Positions 1-12,394 of a stretch of DNA of 64,000 bases are shown here, one piece after another. Every line of letters begins with the position of its first letter. The stretch's first letter is position 1. The position numbers were made by a program, and so were the translations under genes. Below the pieces are notes generated by a model. It searched no databases. It was given only the letters and a program-made list of their open reading frames with translations, and had not been told where the DNA came from. The stretch is from Carcharhinus amblyrhynchos. Lineage: Eukaryota. The stretch spans positions 34,472,001 to 34,536,000 of the forward strand of contig OZ336887.1 in assembly GCA_965287045.1 (NCBI GenBank). The letters are read 5' to 3'.

Positions 1-2039
1 TAAACCAGCTTAGGAGGAAATCAGAGAATCTGTTGGAGGCTGAGATCTCATTAACCTTCTTTTCTGTCACTCTAAAACCTGTGGAATTAGTCATTATACA
101 ATCCCTCTGCAAAAACTAATTTGAAAAAGAAACTGAATATAAATAACATTGGAAACAAGGTTACTATTGAGTCTGTGGTATTTGCTGGGATGTGTGTATG
201 TGCAATGAGAACCTGAAGACAATAAAATGAAAGTTGGAATCCCATCCTCCCTTTTCCAGCAGTGTGTGCCATTGTTTCTCCTGTGATGTCTGATCAGGTA
301 AAGCTACAAGGTGGCTGATGGCGTGTTTGGTTGAGACTTTGGCTTCATGTTCATTTCAGCCTTAAGCCTGGTTCATCATTCATTTAGATCTTCGCTCATC
401 TGTACTTCAACTCTATGTACCTGCTTTTGCTATATATCCCTCAATACCCTTGCCCAAAGATACATTAATATAAAGGCAGAATACCGCAGATGCTGGAATC
501 CGAAACAAAAGCAGAAAATGCTGGAAAATCTCAGCACGTCTGATAGTGTCTGAGGAGACAGAGTAGAGCCAACATTGAGTCAGGATGACCCTTCATTTAC
601 AACTATTAATCTCAGCCTTCAAAGTTCCAACTGACCCTCAGTCTTTGGGGAGAAAGTTCCAGAATTCCAATAGCCTGTACATCATGGACAATAAACATCC
701 CTGGTGGTCTGTACTGAGTCAGCTGATCCAGGTAGAATGTGGCAATTGGCCTCACTGCCCTTGGATTAAGCTCATGCATTTGGGACAAAAACAGGAAAAT
801 GGGATTAGCGCACTTTTATCGTAGTTATCATTAGTGCAGACTCGATGGGCCAAAGGGCCTTTTCTGCACTGTTTGACTCTATGGTGGATGACCAGTTTGA
901 GAGAGGAGAAAGGGCAGTCAAGAGGTACACATTGTTAACTGTAGAAAAATATGATACACTTTAAGCAGCAAATGTCCCAAATAATAATCTCTAAATTTCT
1001 TTTGTTTTGTATGGCCTAGTTATTTCAATGCTCTGTATCTCTGGTTGGTATTTTAATGGATACAGTTTATGAGCAACCTGCATGGCATTGCCATAATTAC
1101 TGCAATAATTACATAAACATACACAGCTTAAAGGGAATATTGAGCCCAAGGCAGTCAGAGGTTAATCCACATTGGGAATACTGTGGCTATCGTAGGCTCT
1201 TGACTCTAGGCTGGAAATCCTCTGCACCTAGAGAAAATGATACAAATTTTTCATGAATGTAGCAGAGGTGAGGAAACGATTGGACCAGCAGGCAAGAGGG
1301 CAGTGTTCGGAACCGTGCAGGAAGGGTCCAGCACCAGCGAGAGCTACACTCTCTCAGAGAAGGTTGACAGATCAAATCATTCTCCCATTGTGAACACAAG
1401 TTCAGCATAGTTAGGTTAAATCCAATACAAGACACCACGGAAACTAAAGCGCAAAATCTACTTCAAAAAGAAAAACTGAACTGCTCAAAAGCTGGCATCT
1501 CAGGATAGCCAGGGCAGGGAGTTGAAGGGAAGTGGGAGTTGGGTACAGATTGATTTGTTCCACTGTTCCACACTTGCAGCAGCTCATGACTGAGCACATT
1601 GCAATTGGAAAGAAATTACTTTGCAACAATTTGTTTCAGTAGCTTTCACTGAGCTGAGCTTCAATTGCTTTGATCTTTACAGATTACTCATTACCTCAGA
1701 AAGGCTCTTACACTCTGATTTTAAAGACCTTAGCTTTCTCTGATGGCATGATGTGAGATAGTATTCAAGTGTTTATCTTGTCTTTGTTGCTTAGGCATTA
1801 AGGGTGATTATGTGAGGTAATTGACAGTAAAGTTCTATCTACATTAGATAAAGCAGAGATTTAAAGGTAAAAGCTTAGAAACAGATGCAGAATCATCACC
1901 GTGTCTGTGAGGGAATTTACTGGAGAAGTGCTTGTGACATTAGAAATGACACTGGGATTCCCTAACCCACCAACGTGGCAGGGATATATAAATCAGGACC
2001 TGTAACTGAGTTTAGCACTGGATATGAAGTTTGAAGTCC

Positions 2040-2176
2040 CCACTCACCTGACAAAGGAGCAAAGCTCTGAAAGTTAGTGGCGTTTGCTACCAAATAAACC
2101 TGTTGGACTTTAACCTGGTGTTGTGAGACTGCTCACTGTGTTTACCCCAGTTCAACGCCAGCATCTCCACACGATG
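2040..2176 (+). mobile_element. Penelope-type pLTR fragment with degenerate hammerhead motif
   Basis: CTCACCTGACAAAGGAGCAAAGCTCTGAAAGTTAGTG..AAATAAACCTGTTGGACTTTAACCTGGTGTTGTGAGAC, homologous to 28867-28998. Confidence 0.7.
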
Positions 2177-2476
2177 AATTTTGAATCATGGCTTTGGGAT
2201 TTGCCATTCACTCCATCCTTACTGATCTCTCCAGGGATTGTATCACACGATGTGTTCAGCAAACAGATGATTCAGCAGAGAAACAAACCTGCTGTTTATC
2301 CCCCTGTCTAACAGCTCCCAGTAACCTGGCATGAGGTGTCCTATCCCCACCTGCTCCAGGAGTGACCACATTCACATCGTCACCTGAGTCTTGGAAGTCT
2401 GTCTTTCAAAGGCCTGGTCCCTCTGCCTAAAGCTCTCATGGTCACACAGACACATAGGTGGCTGCTATAACCTTAC

Positions 2477-5400
2477 CTGCATCTGTGCCATAGTCCAGTG
2501 TTCCTTTTGCCTGTTCAATTCCCAAGAGCTGAGCAGGACGGAGTGAAGCAGCTTCCAGTGCTGCCTCCACTGAGCAGCCTGAAGAGGGGGAGAGAGAGAG
2601 AGAGGTTTCAGCCTCAGCTTTGAAAAATGAGAGACAGTGAACAGGGGTTTTCTGCTGAATGCTTCCCTCACTTGCCAGGAAACCCATGGCAGGGGTGCAC
2701 CATTAGCAGGACAGTAAGATCTCGCCAGCAAAGTTTTGGCATTTATTTCAGAACTAGGATTTTGATAACCAAACACATTACATTTTAAAAACAGAACCGG
2801 TCCCTCACTCACTGGTGATTTCTTGGAATCATTGTAATTTCTAACCTCCAGCGTCAGAAATGTATAGTTCCTCATGAGCTTTGTCCCAGTTCTTTCTCTT
2901 CTCACCTGATCAGCATATCCTTGTAATTTTTTTCTCCCTCACATGTTAAACTAGCTTCCCTTTCAGGTGGCACAGTAGTTAGCACTGCTGCCTCACAGCA
3001 CCAGGGACCCAAGTTCAATTCCCAGCTTTGGCCACCATGTATGGAATTTGCACGTTCTCCCTACGTCTGCACAGATTTCCTCTGAGTGGTCTGGTCAGTC
3101 AGAAAGATATGCTGGTTAAGTGCATTGGTCATGATAAATTCTCCCTCAGTGTACCCGAACAGGTGCCAGAATTTTCACAGTAACTTCATTGCAGTGTTAA
3201 TGTAAGCCTACTTGTGATACTAATAAATAAACAAACCTTCATATTGGTGAATACTGTTCACCTCAATTGATGCCTGTGGTAGTGAGTTCAACATTCTAAG
3301 TATTCTCTGGCTGACGAGAATCCTACTCCCAGCTGACTGTTTATGACACTTCAAACTGCCATTTACACATTTAATTCAGTGAGTATAGTGAAACAGCCCA
3401 GTTAAACTGCAGCACCTGTCACAAACCTCCCACTCAATGACCCAAACATCAGGGAGAACCCCCCGCTCTTCCTCAAATAATGGCTGTGGGATTTATGTCT
3501 ACCTGGGTGGGTTGACGAGGCCAGAGTTTAATATCTAATTCAAAAGAGGGCACCTCCAATAGTGTGGCACTCCAACAACGCAGTACTCCCTCAGTGCTAA
3601 TCCTCTGATAGCACAGCACTCCCTCGTACTGCTCCTCTGACAGTGCAGTGTTCGCTTTGTAATAGGAGTGTGAGCTTGAATGATGGGTCCCATTCTGAGA
3701 TGAGGATAGCTGAGAGTTGGAGATGCAGGATCAACATCTTGCTCCTTCACCAGCCTGAGTAAATCATGAGGTCATGGCCCCCTCCACTGGTTCAAGATTG
3801 CTATTACAGGCATCTTTCACTTCTATAGCAACCCTACTCGTCCCCCCAGTGAGCTGGGATCATTGCCCGCAGATTATTGCCCTCTCCACCCATCGACCTG
3901 ATGCTCTGATTTCCCGTTACAAATCAGTTGATGCTCCAGAGATTCCCTGGCAATTTTCTAAGGCTCCTCACCGGCCACCTGCCAGAGGTGTCGCACACAC
4001 ATGTCCATTGTGGCAATGCTCCCACTCAGCGTCTTGGTCCCTGTGCAGAGGTCAGAGAAAGTTCAGAGGTTATCCTGAGCTGTTCATATCAACACTCTCA
4101 ATACAGTGCTGGCCCAACAAGACATAAAGCCCCCCCACTTCCTGCTCACACCCAATATCTGTGACAATGTCAGGATTCATACAAACATTCCATCCTCTCT
4201 CATATGCCCCTTAATCCCACAATCAATCTCAATCAATGCCCACCATTCCACACACTCAGGATGTCAGTCTTTAACAGTGAAACCCTGTACTAGTAACTGC
4301 CACCCAGAGGAAACACTGGGATAAAACTGGCATCAAAATAATTGTTTCTTTTTATTCTCTGAGCTCACTCCTCTTAATTCGGTAACTACATTGCTTAAAC
4401 AACTCCAGGAGTGGAATCATGTAACCAGAAACTTAAAAACTGATATCTGTGGATCTCAACCATCCGTTCACTAATAGGAGATCCTCCTGAACAATTTAAC
4501 ACCTCATCCAAAAGATGGCGCTTCTGACAGCACAGCACCTCTTTAGTACTGACCCTCCCACAGTGCAGCACTCCCTCTGTAGTGACCTTTCAACAGGCTC
4601 GTTCCTTCAGGTGTATAATGGGGATATTGTGTCCCAGTCTGTGGAGAACAATTTAAATACACAATCTTTGGCATCTGAGATGAGAGACATCTTTTGAACC
4701 CCAGAGAGTGTGAGTAACCTACGTCCCACAATGCAACATCACCTCGATTTGCCCTGCAGAGCAAGATGCACCAGGCTCGTTACTACCACTCACCTGCGAC
4801 GTAGGCATGTAGCCCATCTATCTCGATTACCTGCTGCCCCAGAGTGTGCTGTCCTGAAGGAAGTCCCATGGCCATGATTGCATCTGTCACCAGCACCAAA
4901 CCTGCAGCCACAGAGAAACCGGAGAGAGATTGGCAGAAAGCAGGGTCACCCACAGGTCACTCTCAGGGAGGGACGGGGGCTGGGCGGAAGGGTAGGGATA
5001 TTTGCAAGTAGGTCACAGGGTAAGGATTATCCCAAATCCAAAATAAATCAGTGGCAGCATAGGCAGACAGTATCACACACTCCAAGTCCCAGACATTTTC
5101 AGCATTTTCCAGACTGACACCCCACTGAATCGTCCAGACACAGTCCCACAGATTCACTGCCCCCCCCCCCCCCCCCCCCCCCGCCCTGCTGAATTGTCCA
5201 GACACAGTCTCCCAGACTGACTCACCCCCTGCTGAATTGTCCAGACACAGTACCCTCCGCTGAATTGTCCACAGTCCCATAGACTGCCCTGGGTATTTCA
5301 GGAATTGAAGATCAATCTCCAAGACTCTACTGTGAGTAAAATCTGAGAGACATTACCAAAACGTTGAAAGCAGTGTGTTTTGTTAAATTTCTTTTGCACA

Positions 5401-8400
5401 TTTTTAGTGGTCTGAAAATTATTGGCAGTGTGAGAATGTTTGTGTTTGACCGACAGCCAAAAATCACCCAATTGGATAACAAGTTGTTCAAGTTTCAATT
5501 GGCTGTGGGAGTGGAGTTTCTATGAGGATGTTGACCAATAGAAGAAGCTTGAGAGGATAGATGTTAAATGAACAATGGCAGCAGAATGAGCTTTTAGAGT
5601 GGGTCATGTCCCGAATGCTCCAGAGGGCACGTAATCAGTTGGATGAATGGAGTCAATAATGTACTTTTGTCTGTACTGTCCCTCCAACAGCGCAGCACTC
5701 TCTCTGTACTGTCCCTCCAACAGCGCAGCACTCTCTCTGTACTGTCCCTCCAACAGCGCAGCACTCTCTCTGTACTGTCCCTCCAACAGCGCAGCACTCT
5801 CTCTGTACTGTCCCTCCAACAGCGCAGCACTCTCTCTGTACTGTCCCTCCAACAGCGCAGCACTCTCTCTGTACTGTCCCTCCAACAGCGAGTTGGTCAG
5901 TTAGTGACCCTGTTGGGTGCAGCCAAAGCCAGCGCACAAGGACACAATGAGAATTCACTGCCCCATTCCACTAACTGACAGTGATATGAAGAATGAGTAA
6001 CTGCAGTTCCCATTACTGAATTGGGGGGTCGTGGGGGATGGGGGAGGAGGTCAGGAATCACTACCTGACCTTTTACCTTTGGGATGTGCTCTGCAAGCAA
6101 TCCTCAGCGCTGCAGGATTGGTATGGATCCCGTCAGCAATCATTCCATAGAAGACAGACTGTCCAACAGGAATCTCACTACTGGTCAGCAGGCCCACGAT
6201 TCCCGGATCCCGGTGGTGAAACTGAGAGAATGGGAAGGAAAATGAGTTACATCGCAGATAAAACTACAAATCACTGCCAACGAAAAATGAACAAACCACT
6301 TAAACCAGGAGTGAATTTAGATTCTGTGACATGGAGAGTTGCAGTGGCTGTTGTATTGTGCAGAGTCTGGGCTGTATAAACTTCCCGATCATCAGAAAAT
6401 GTCCTGATCCTTTGGAATGCTACTCCAGCTATACAAACATCCCAGGCACAACTCCAAGATAATTCTCCCAGTATTGGGGATGCTGTTCAAAACACTGCTG
6501 TCCATGGGAGTTTTGTGTGCATAAATTGGCTTTTGATTCCCACATTAGAACAATGACTACATCTCGAAAGTACCTTATTGGCTCTAACATAGTTTGGGAA
6601 TGTCTTGATGTAAAAGATGCATGTCCTTCTTTTACTTTGAAAGCAAAACGTTTAATTCCACGTGATTACCAGTCTTTGTTCATCAGCAAAATAAAACCTG
6701 ACTCCATTAATCAAATGGCAGAAATATTTCATCCAAGTTTCCATTTTTGTAACATCTTTCATGATCCCAGGATGTTCTGAAGTGGCGATGGGATTTTTAT
6801 GTTCCCCTGAAAGCAAACAAAAGGTGGCCCCTCCAACAGTGCAGCGCACCCTTAGCGCTGCCACGCACCCTCAGTACTGTGTGGGAACGTCAGTTTAGGG
6901 TTTCTGTGTTCAAGTCCCTGAAGTGGGAATTGAACCCATAACTTTTGAGGTGAGGGTCCAGTGTGATACCCACTGAGCCACAGTTGACGCTGAGGAATCT
7001 GACATTACAAACAGCAATTAGCACTACTCCTAGAGTTTCTATGAATATGGGGGTCTGGACTTACAGGCAACATGGCGTTGAAGAGGTGGGTGATGAAGGT
7101 AGCTCCATGTTTGACTGCAACTTCAGCCTGTGACAGATTAGCGATAGAATGTCCTGTGAAGGACAAGAAATAAAACAACATTGACACTAAACGCACAAAA
7201 TCGAACAACCTACATACTCTGCTGAGAGAGAGAGAGAGAATACAGACTATGTGAGAAGAAAAACAGGGAGGAAACGGAGGGCAGAGCGAACCAGGTGGGT
7301 GGGTGGTTGGGGGGACAGAGAGGAGAAACAGAGGGGAAAGTCAGAGGAGGGCAGGGGGCAAGAATTGGAGACCATGATAAAAGGAGGGCAGAGCGAGAGA
7401 AGCTGCCTCCACTTATTGAACAGTCTGGGATTGCTGGCTTGTCTTTCCCTGATCAGATCAGTCATCATGACAGACAAGAACAAAAGAGGAACGTTAAGTG
7501 TGACAACCGACTACAACGTCTCCTTCCTTACCCAGTGAAACCCGGATCCCACGGCTGACCAGTTCCCTGATAACCTCTCCGCTTCTGTCCAGCTCAGGAG
7601 CCAATGTGATGATTCGAACATTGTCCAGAGAGCCATATGTATCCAACAGGTCATGAAAGCCACGTTTCTCAAATGTTCGCAGGAATTCCTCAGGGTGAGC
7701 CCCCTTCTTATCTTTGCTAATGAATGGACCTTCCAGGTGTAGACCTGGGACAACGTAGAAAAAAAAATCTTATACGAACAGTTCCACGTAACCTCAATCA
7801 CCCATGTTCATCCTTCCCGCCGAGACCCTCAGAGGGTCAGTAGTGAATGTGAACTGCATCGTCGGGAGTCAATGCAGAGAGAATGCTGCACTATCAAAGG
7901 GACAGTACTTGATGGAGGGTACGCCCACGCTACTGGGCTCGCGCACACAGTGCGTTCACACTGCCGGCTGACCCAGCACAAGGAAGGAAATGAGATAAGA
8001 TGGGTCTACAAGGTGCCTTGAATTAAAGGAGTCTGTTTAAAGGTAAAAGGAGATTATCTTTAGAGAAAGGGAGATAAAACCGTCCATGGGTTCTACCTGG
8101 TGATGAATCCACGTGACCACCCCCGGAGACAAGTCCAGATGACCAGGCTACCATGAGGGGGGTGCAGGTCAAAAGCTTTTGAGAATAAAGGTGTAAGCTT
8201 TAATACCTGGACACAGAGGAGAAGGCTGCTAGCTTTACGGCTGACAGAGAGGGGCAGTCAAACCAAGAGATTTCAAAACTGCTTGCAAGTTAACCATAAA
8301 GCAGAGAACTGGTGAAGATGGAACCATGTTCGAGGAAATAAGGCTCTTGAAGAATTAATGACCTCAACTTCATTAGCTGATACCTTGCAACAGGAAGTCT

Positions 8401-10818
8401 ATTTGAATACGTTCAGAAGATTGAGCGAAGGAAACTGAAAGATTCATCCTGGTGAAGCAGGGAGAAGAAATCCTGTGAAAGGCAGGAGGAGTAAGACCAA
8501 ATCTCTGTGTAGAGCACCATGTAACATGTAATTGTGGCATGTGGTTTTTGGTTCTGTTAAGAAGTTAATAATGAATATTCTCCTGTAGTTTAGTCTATTT
8601 GTTGCCTGCTGAGTAAAGTTTAGTTGATACTGACATTTGTTTGTTGTTACAGTGCAAGCCTTACAAGGTGAAATTTTATCCTATAAGTTGATCACTGGAA
8701 ATTCTGATGCCTTTTTAAAAGTTATCAGGATTGTGACATATATTCTTACATAGGGACTGGCTTCTGCAAACAAAACGAATATGTTTAGGCCTTACCTTGT
8801 GCCTTTTTAATTACCCAGAAGCTTATAGCTCCTTGTTGTTTTCTCCATCGCAATATCTTGGCCAACCGAAGTTGACTTGTGAACCAATCATCACCCTTTG
8901 CTCCTATAAATTGGTGTGATCATTTGAAACTTGGCATTCTTGCATTTGTCCCAATGAATGCAAGATGAAAAGCTTCTCTCTTTTCATCAATACTCAAATT
9001 CTATACTGCCAAGTGACTCATTTTAACAATACTCACCCAATATCCCTGCTCCCCGAGGCCCACCATCCTGCACCTCAATTTGAGGAATAACCTGAGAAGG
9101 GAGACAGCTTTTAAAAAGAAATTCTAATTATTTGGAAACAAACATTCTGCAAGCTTGTCAGTTTGAGTACTTATGCAGGTAGTTTAGAAAACTTGCAAAT
9201 AACTCTCACTTTGTGCATTGTTACACTTAAGACATTTTCTCTGTCACACATTAGGAGTTGTTCGAAGAGAGATTCCTCCTTCCTGTCACCTCTTGCCCCC
9301 CTCCCTCCCAACTCAGCCCCTTGTCCCAAACCCCTCAGCTCACTTTCATTCAGAAGCTCAGCCCATCTCTCCACTTGGACAGGCAAGCTTTGTCCTTCTG
9401 CTGGGAAGAGCTCCCCATGACCTACCTGGTGGTATATGGGGACTGGAGAGGTCACAATCGTTGGGCAGAAGGAGGTCACTCCAGTGGAAAGCAGCTTGTG
9501 AGCGACCATGGAGATGCCACATTTCACGTTATCTGTGGACGATGAGAAGTCAATTCCATATCCTCCTAGAAAACATTAACATCGCAGACATCAATTTTAA
9601 AGTACAATAAACAGCTCCCAGAATAAACCTTCTGGAATATTTTGGTTAAGCTGACCATCACAGAAAGTGTTTAGAATTTTCATGGATAAACGAGAGGTGG
9701 CAATGCTGTTAACGATTGGTTGAAAGAAGTGGGTGATGTGCAATTGGCCAGGATTAGAAGATAAGGAGATGTCAGTGAGTTGTGGAGTTGGAAGAGATTA
9801 CAGAGATAAGGAGGGCAATGCAGTGGGGGGATTTGAAAACCACTTGAGGCATTGAGGGGGCAGTGAAAGATAAAGGCTGGGGTGCAGGGCACAAAGGGGA
9901 GATCCAACTGAATCCTTCACTCACCGTTGATTTGTGTGTCAATGAACCCTGGAGCGATGATGCTGCCCTTGCAATCGATCTGAACATCTGCATAACCTCT
10001 CTCATCAAAGAACAGCTTCTCTGGATTAAGGATCTTCCCCTCACGGACCCAAAGGTCCTCCCTTCAAAACAGACAGAGTCGGAGCAGAAATCGAGACCTG
10101 TTCAAACAGGTGAAGTGGCTCAAGCTTCAATCTCAATTCATCCTTACTTAAGTTGTCAGTTGTGGCACAGCGGCACTCTCATGTCAGAGTCAGAACATTG
10201 TTGTTTCATGTTCCACTCCAGAGACTGGAGAACAAAATCTAGACTACACTGTAAGAAGTGTCATTAAATCAAATCCTCATCTGCCCTTTCAGATCCCATG
10301 GCATTATTTTGAAGATCAGCAAGGGAATTCTCCTCAGTGTTAAGGGGCCAATATTTATCCTTCAGCTAACATCACTATAAATTCACTCAGGGTTTTTTGT
10401 GGGAACTTGCTGTGCACAAATTAGCAGCCGTTCATTGTAACAATGACTACACTTGAGAAGTGTACGGGACATCCTGAAGCTGTGAATGTTTTTCTTAACT
10501 ACAAATAATATTCTTTCTATCGCTATCTGTAAAACAACTGAGCTTATTATCTACTACCCATGTAATTCTGAAGGTTTAAGATAGTCAGCAATTTGCTGCA
10601 TCTGCTTCTCAACTATAGCTGGATTCATAGCTGAGGCCAAACATTTTATAATCTCATAACTATACAAAACAAGTTATAAAATATGTATAAATATACAACT
10701 TTTTCAAGCACATTGGGTGAGGGGACATCTCTTACCTCTGTAACTTGTGATCTTTCAGAATATGACAGTTCTGGAACTGTGTAATGGGAGCATCAGAGAC
10801 TGATTTATTGGATGGCAT
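2477..10818 (-). CDS. AMDHD2: N-acetylglucosamine-6-phosphate deacetylase (spliced; final coding exon not located)
   Basis: Coding exons on the minus strand in transcript order: 10736-10818 ([28 protein letters not shown]), 9925-10061 ([31 protein letters not shown]), 9426-9565 ([20 protein letters not shown]), 9037-9091, 7532-7744 ([22 protein letters not shown]), 7065-7153 ([17 protein letters not shown]), 6077-6221 ([30 protein letters not shown]), 4794-4901 (LVLVTDAI), 3972-4040 ([17 protein letters not shown]), 2477-2578 ([26 protein letters not shown]). All introns are GT-AG with consistent phases, and the motifs match NagA/AMDHD2. Confidence 0.96.
2966..3236 (+). mobile_element. tRNA-derived V-SINE (HE1-like), GTGAC-AATAAA tail type
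   Basis: tRNA-like head GGTGGCACAGT..TTAGCACTGCTGCCTCACAGC..GTTCAATTCC, V-domain GGAATTTGCACGTTCTCCC, and tail TTCACAGTAACTTCATTGCAGTGTTAATGTAAGCCTACTTGTGA..AATAAA. Confidence 0.8.
5105..5290. repeat. Degenerate tandem repeat with a poly-C tract
   Basis: Recurrent CTGAATTGTCCAGACACAGTC units, with a C-run at 5160-5182. Confidence 0.7.
5670..5890. repeat. 33-bp minisatellite, about 6.7 perfect copies
   Basis: Unit CTGTACTGTCCCTCCAACAGCGCAGCACTCTCT. It explains the repetitive ORFs at 5594-5978. Confidence 0.95.
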
Positions 10819-11229
10819 TTTAAATGGAGAAGCCAATTCTCTGCAAGAGATAATTAAAACTGTTACGACACCACAGTGCACTGCCACAGATATGACGAGC
10901 TGCATATTTTACTGATGCAAACAGCAGGATGATTTACTGAACTGATGCACAGGATTGTGAACTGTTAGAATTCTCAATGCCACAGCACTACGGATGTTCA
11001 GTTGTTGAGTACATTCGACAACAAACTTCTTGGATACTAAGGAAATACAAGGATAATGCATGAAGTTATAGCTGACAGAAATCAGTTATGATCTTATCGA
11101 GTGACAGAGCAGGTTCCAGGGGCCAAATAACCTGCTTCCTACGTTCTTACATGCACGTTAACCAAATTCAAACCTTTCTCCAGTCTGAAGCAGCACCACC
11201 CCCCAACCCATCATCTCTACCATCTAGAA

Positions 11230-11865
11230 CAGGTTTGCCCAACTTCTCAGGTGAGGGGCCATATTTCAAGTATTTTCTCACACAAGGTGCCAATGAGCAA
11301 ATTTCAGAGATAATGTTTGGCAAACATTTAAACGAGAATTCTTTAAAACTGAAGTATAAAAACAAACAGCTTGCTGAGCAAAAAAAAGTCAAAGCAATGA
11401 ACAGACAATTTAAAAAATGAGTAATAAATAATGACCATTAGAGGGTGTGTGTGTCTAGCTCACTCAGTCTCACCAACTATAAGACTGCATCAGAGTGCGA
11501 GTTTGCTGAGGTCAGGGTAAAACGAGGGTGATTGGGAACCCTGAGACTGGAGGTGAGCCAGACTTAGTCACACATCCTGCCCTCACACCCCTCCCTTCTC
11601 ATACACCCTCCACACACACACAGTCACACACACTGTCCCTCTCGAGTACTCAGGGCTCTGTTCTCGCCCCATCCCCATCTCTGGGCCCTGAATCTGAACC
11701 ACACTTTGTTGCTTGTCCAATCACAGGCTGGTTTTAGCAATGATGCAGAGAGGAACCAGCCTATGACTGGATGAACAGATTTACAGCTTATCTTTCATAT
11801 ACAAGTCAGCTAAATGTCAAACAGGTTTGTGTGGCTTGGGGTGGGCCACGAGTTGAACAAGCCTG
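11230..11865. mobile_element. Non-autonomous hAT (Charlie-like) DNA transposon
   Basis: Terminal inverted repeats CAGGTTTGCCCAACT and AGTTGAACAAGCCTG, with an 8-bp target-site duplication ATCTAGAA (11222-11229) / ATCTGGAA (11866-11873). Confidence 0.7.
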
Positions 11866-12203
11866 ATCTGGAAGAACGAAAGCAGCAGACCTATGGGAAC
11901 ACTGTCATCTTCAAGCTTTCCTCCACATTACTCACTATCCTGTCATAATCGTGGTAGACACCAGTAACTATTTAAAACAAAATCTGGAATCCTACTTATC
12001 TTCAGAAGAGGGAAAGCCATAAGATTCCATAGTTTAAAGCAGAAGAATTTTAATCATGCAATAGTTAAACAGAGCAAAATCTAAATACTACCTTAGCTAA
12101 TTACTCATACACTAAAATGCAGAATCAACGCAAGTTAAACAGGAATTCACATGCAAATTTCAATCTATTATAAACTATAAGTTCCTAATTAAATGGTAGA
12201 AAT

Positions 12204-12365
12204 GGTGGCTCAGTAGTTAGCACTGCTGCCACACAGCACCAGAGTCCTGTGTTCCTGTCTGTGTGGAGTTTGCACATTCTACCCCTGTCTGTGTGGGTTT
12301 CCTCTGGGTGCTCCAGTTTCTGCACACAGTCCAAAGATGTGCAGGTTAGGTGGACTGGCTATGGA
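12204..12365 (+). mobile_element. V-SINE 5' part immediately upstream of a CR1
   Basis: tRNA-like head plus V-domain (TGTGTGGAGTTTGCACATTCT..GGGTTTCCTCTGGGTGCTCCAGTTT). Confidence 0.75.
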
Positions 12366-12394
12366 CTGTAGCAGTTCAAAGTGGCAGCTCACCA

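Noticed and set aside
5594-5978. Repetitive ORFs in five frames; superficially CRISPR-like periodicity
   Set aside because: These are head-to-tail 33-bp repeats with no unique spacers, lying in an intron, so neither CRISPR nor coding.
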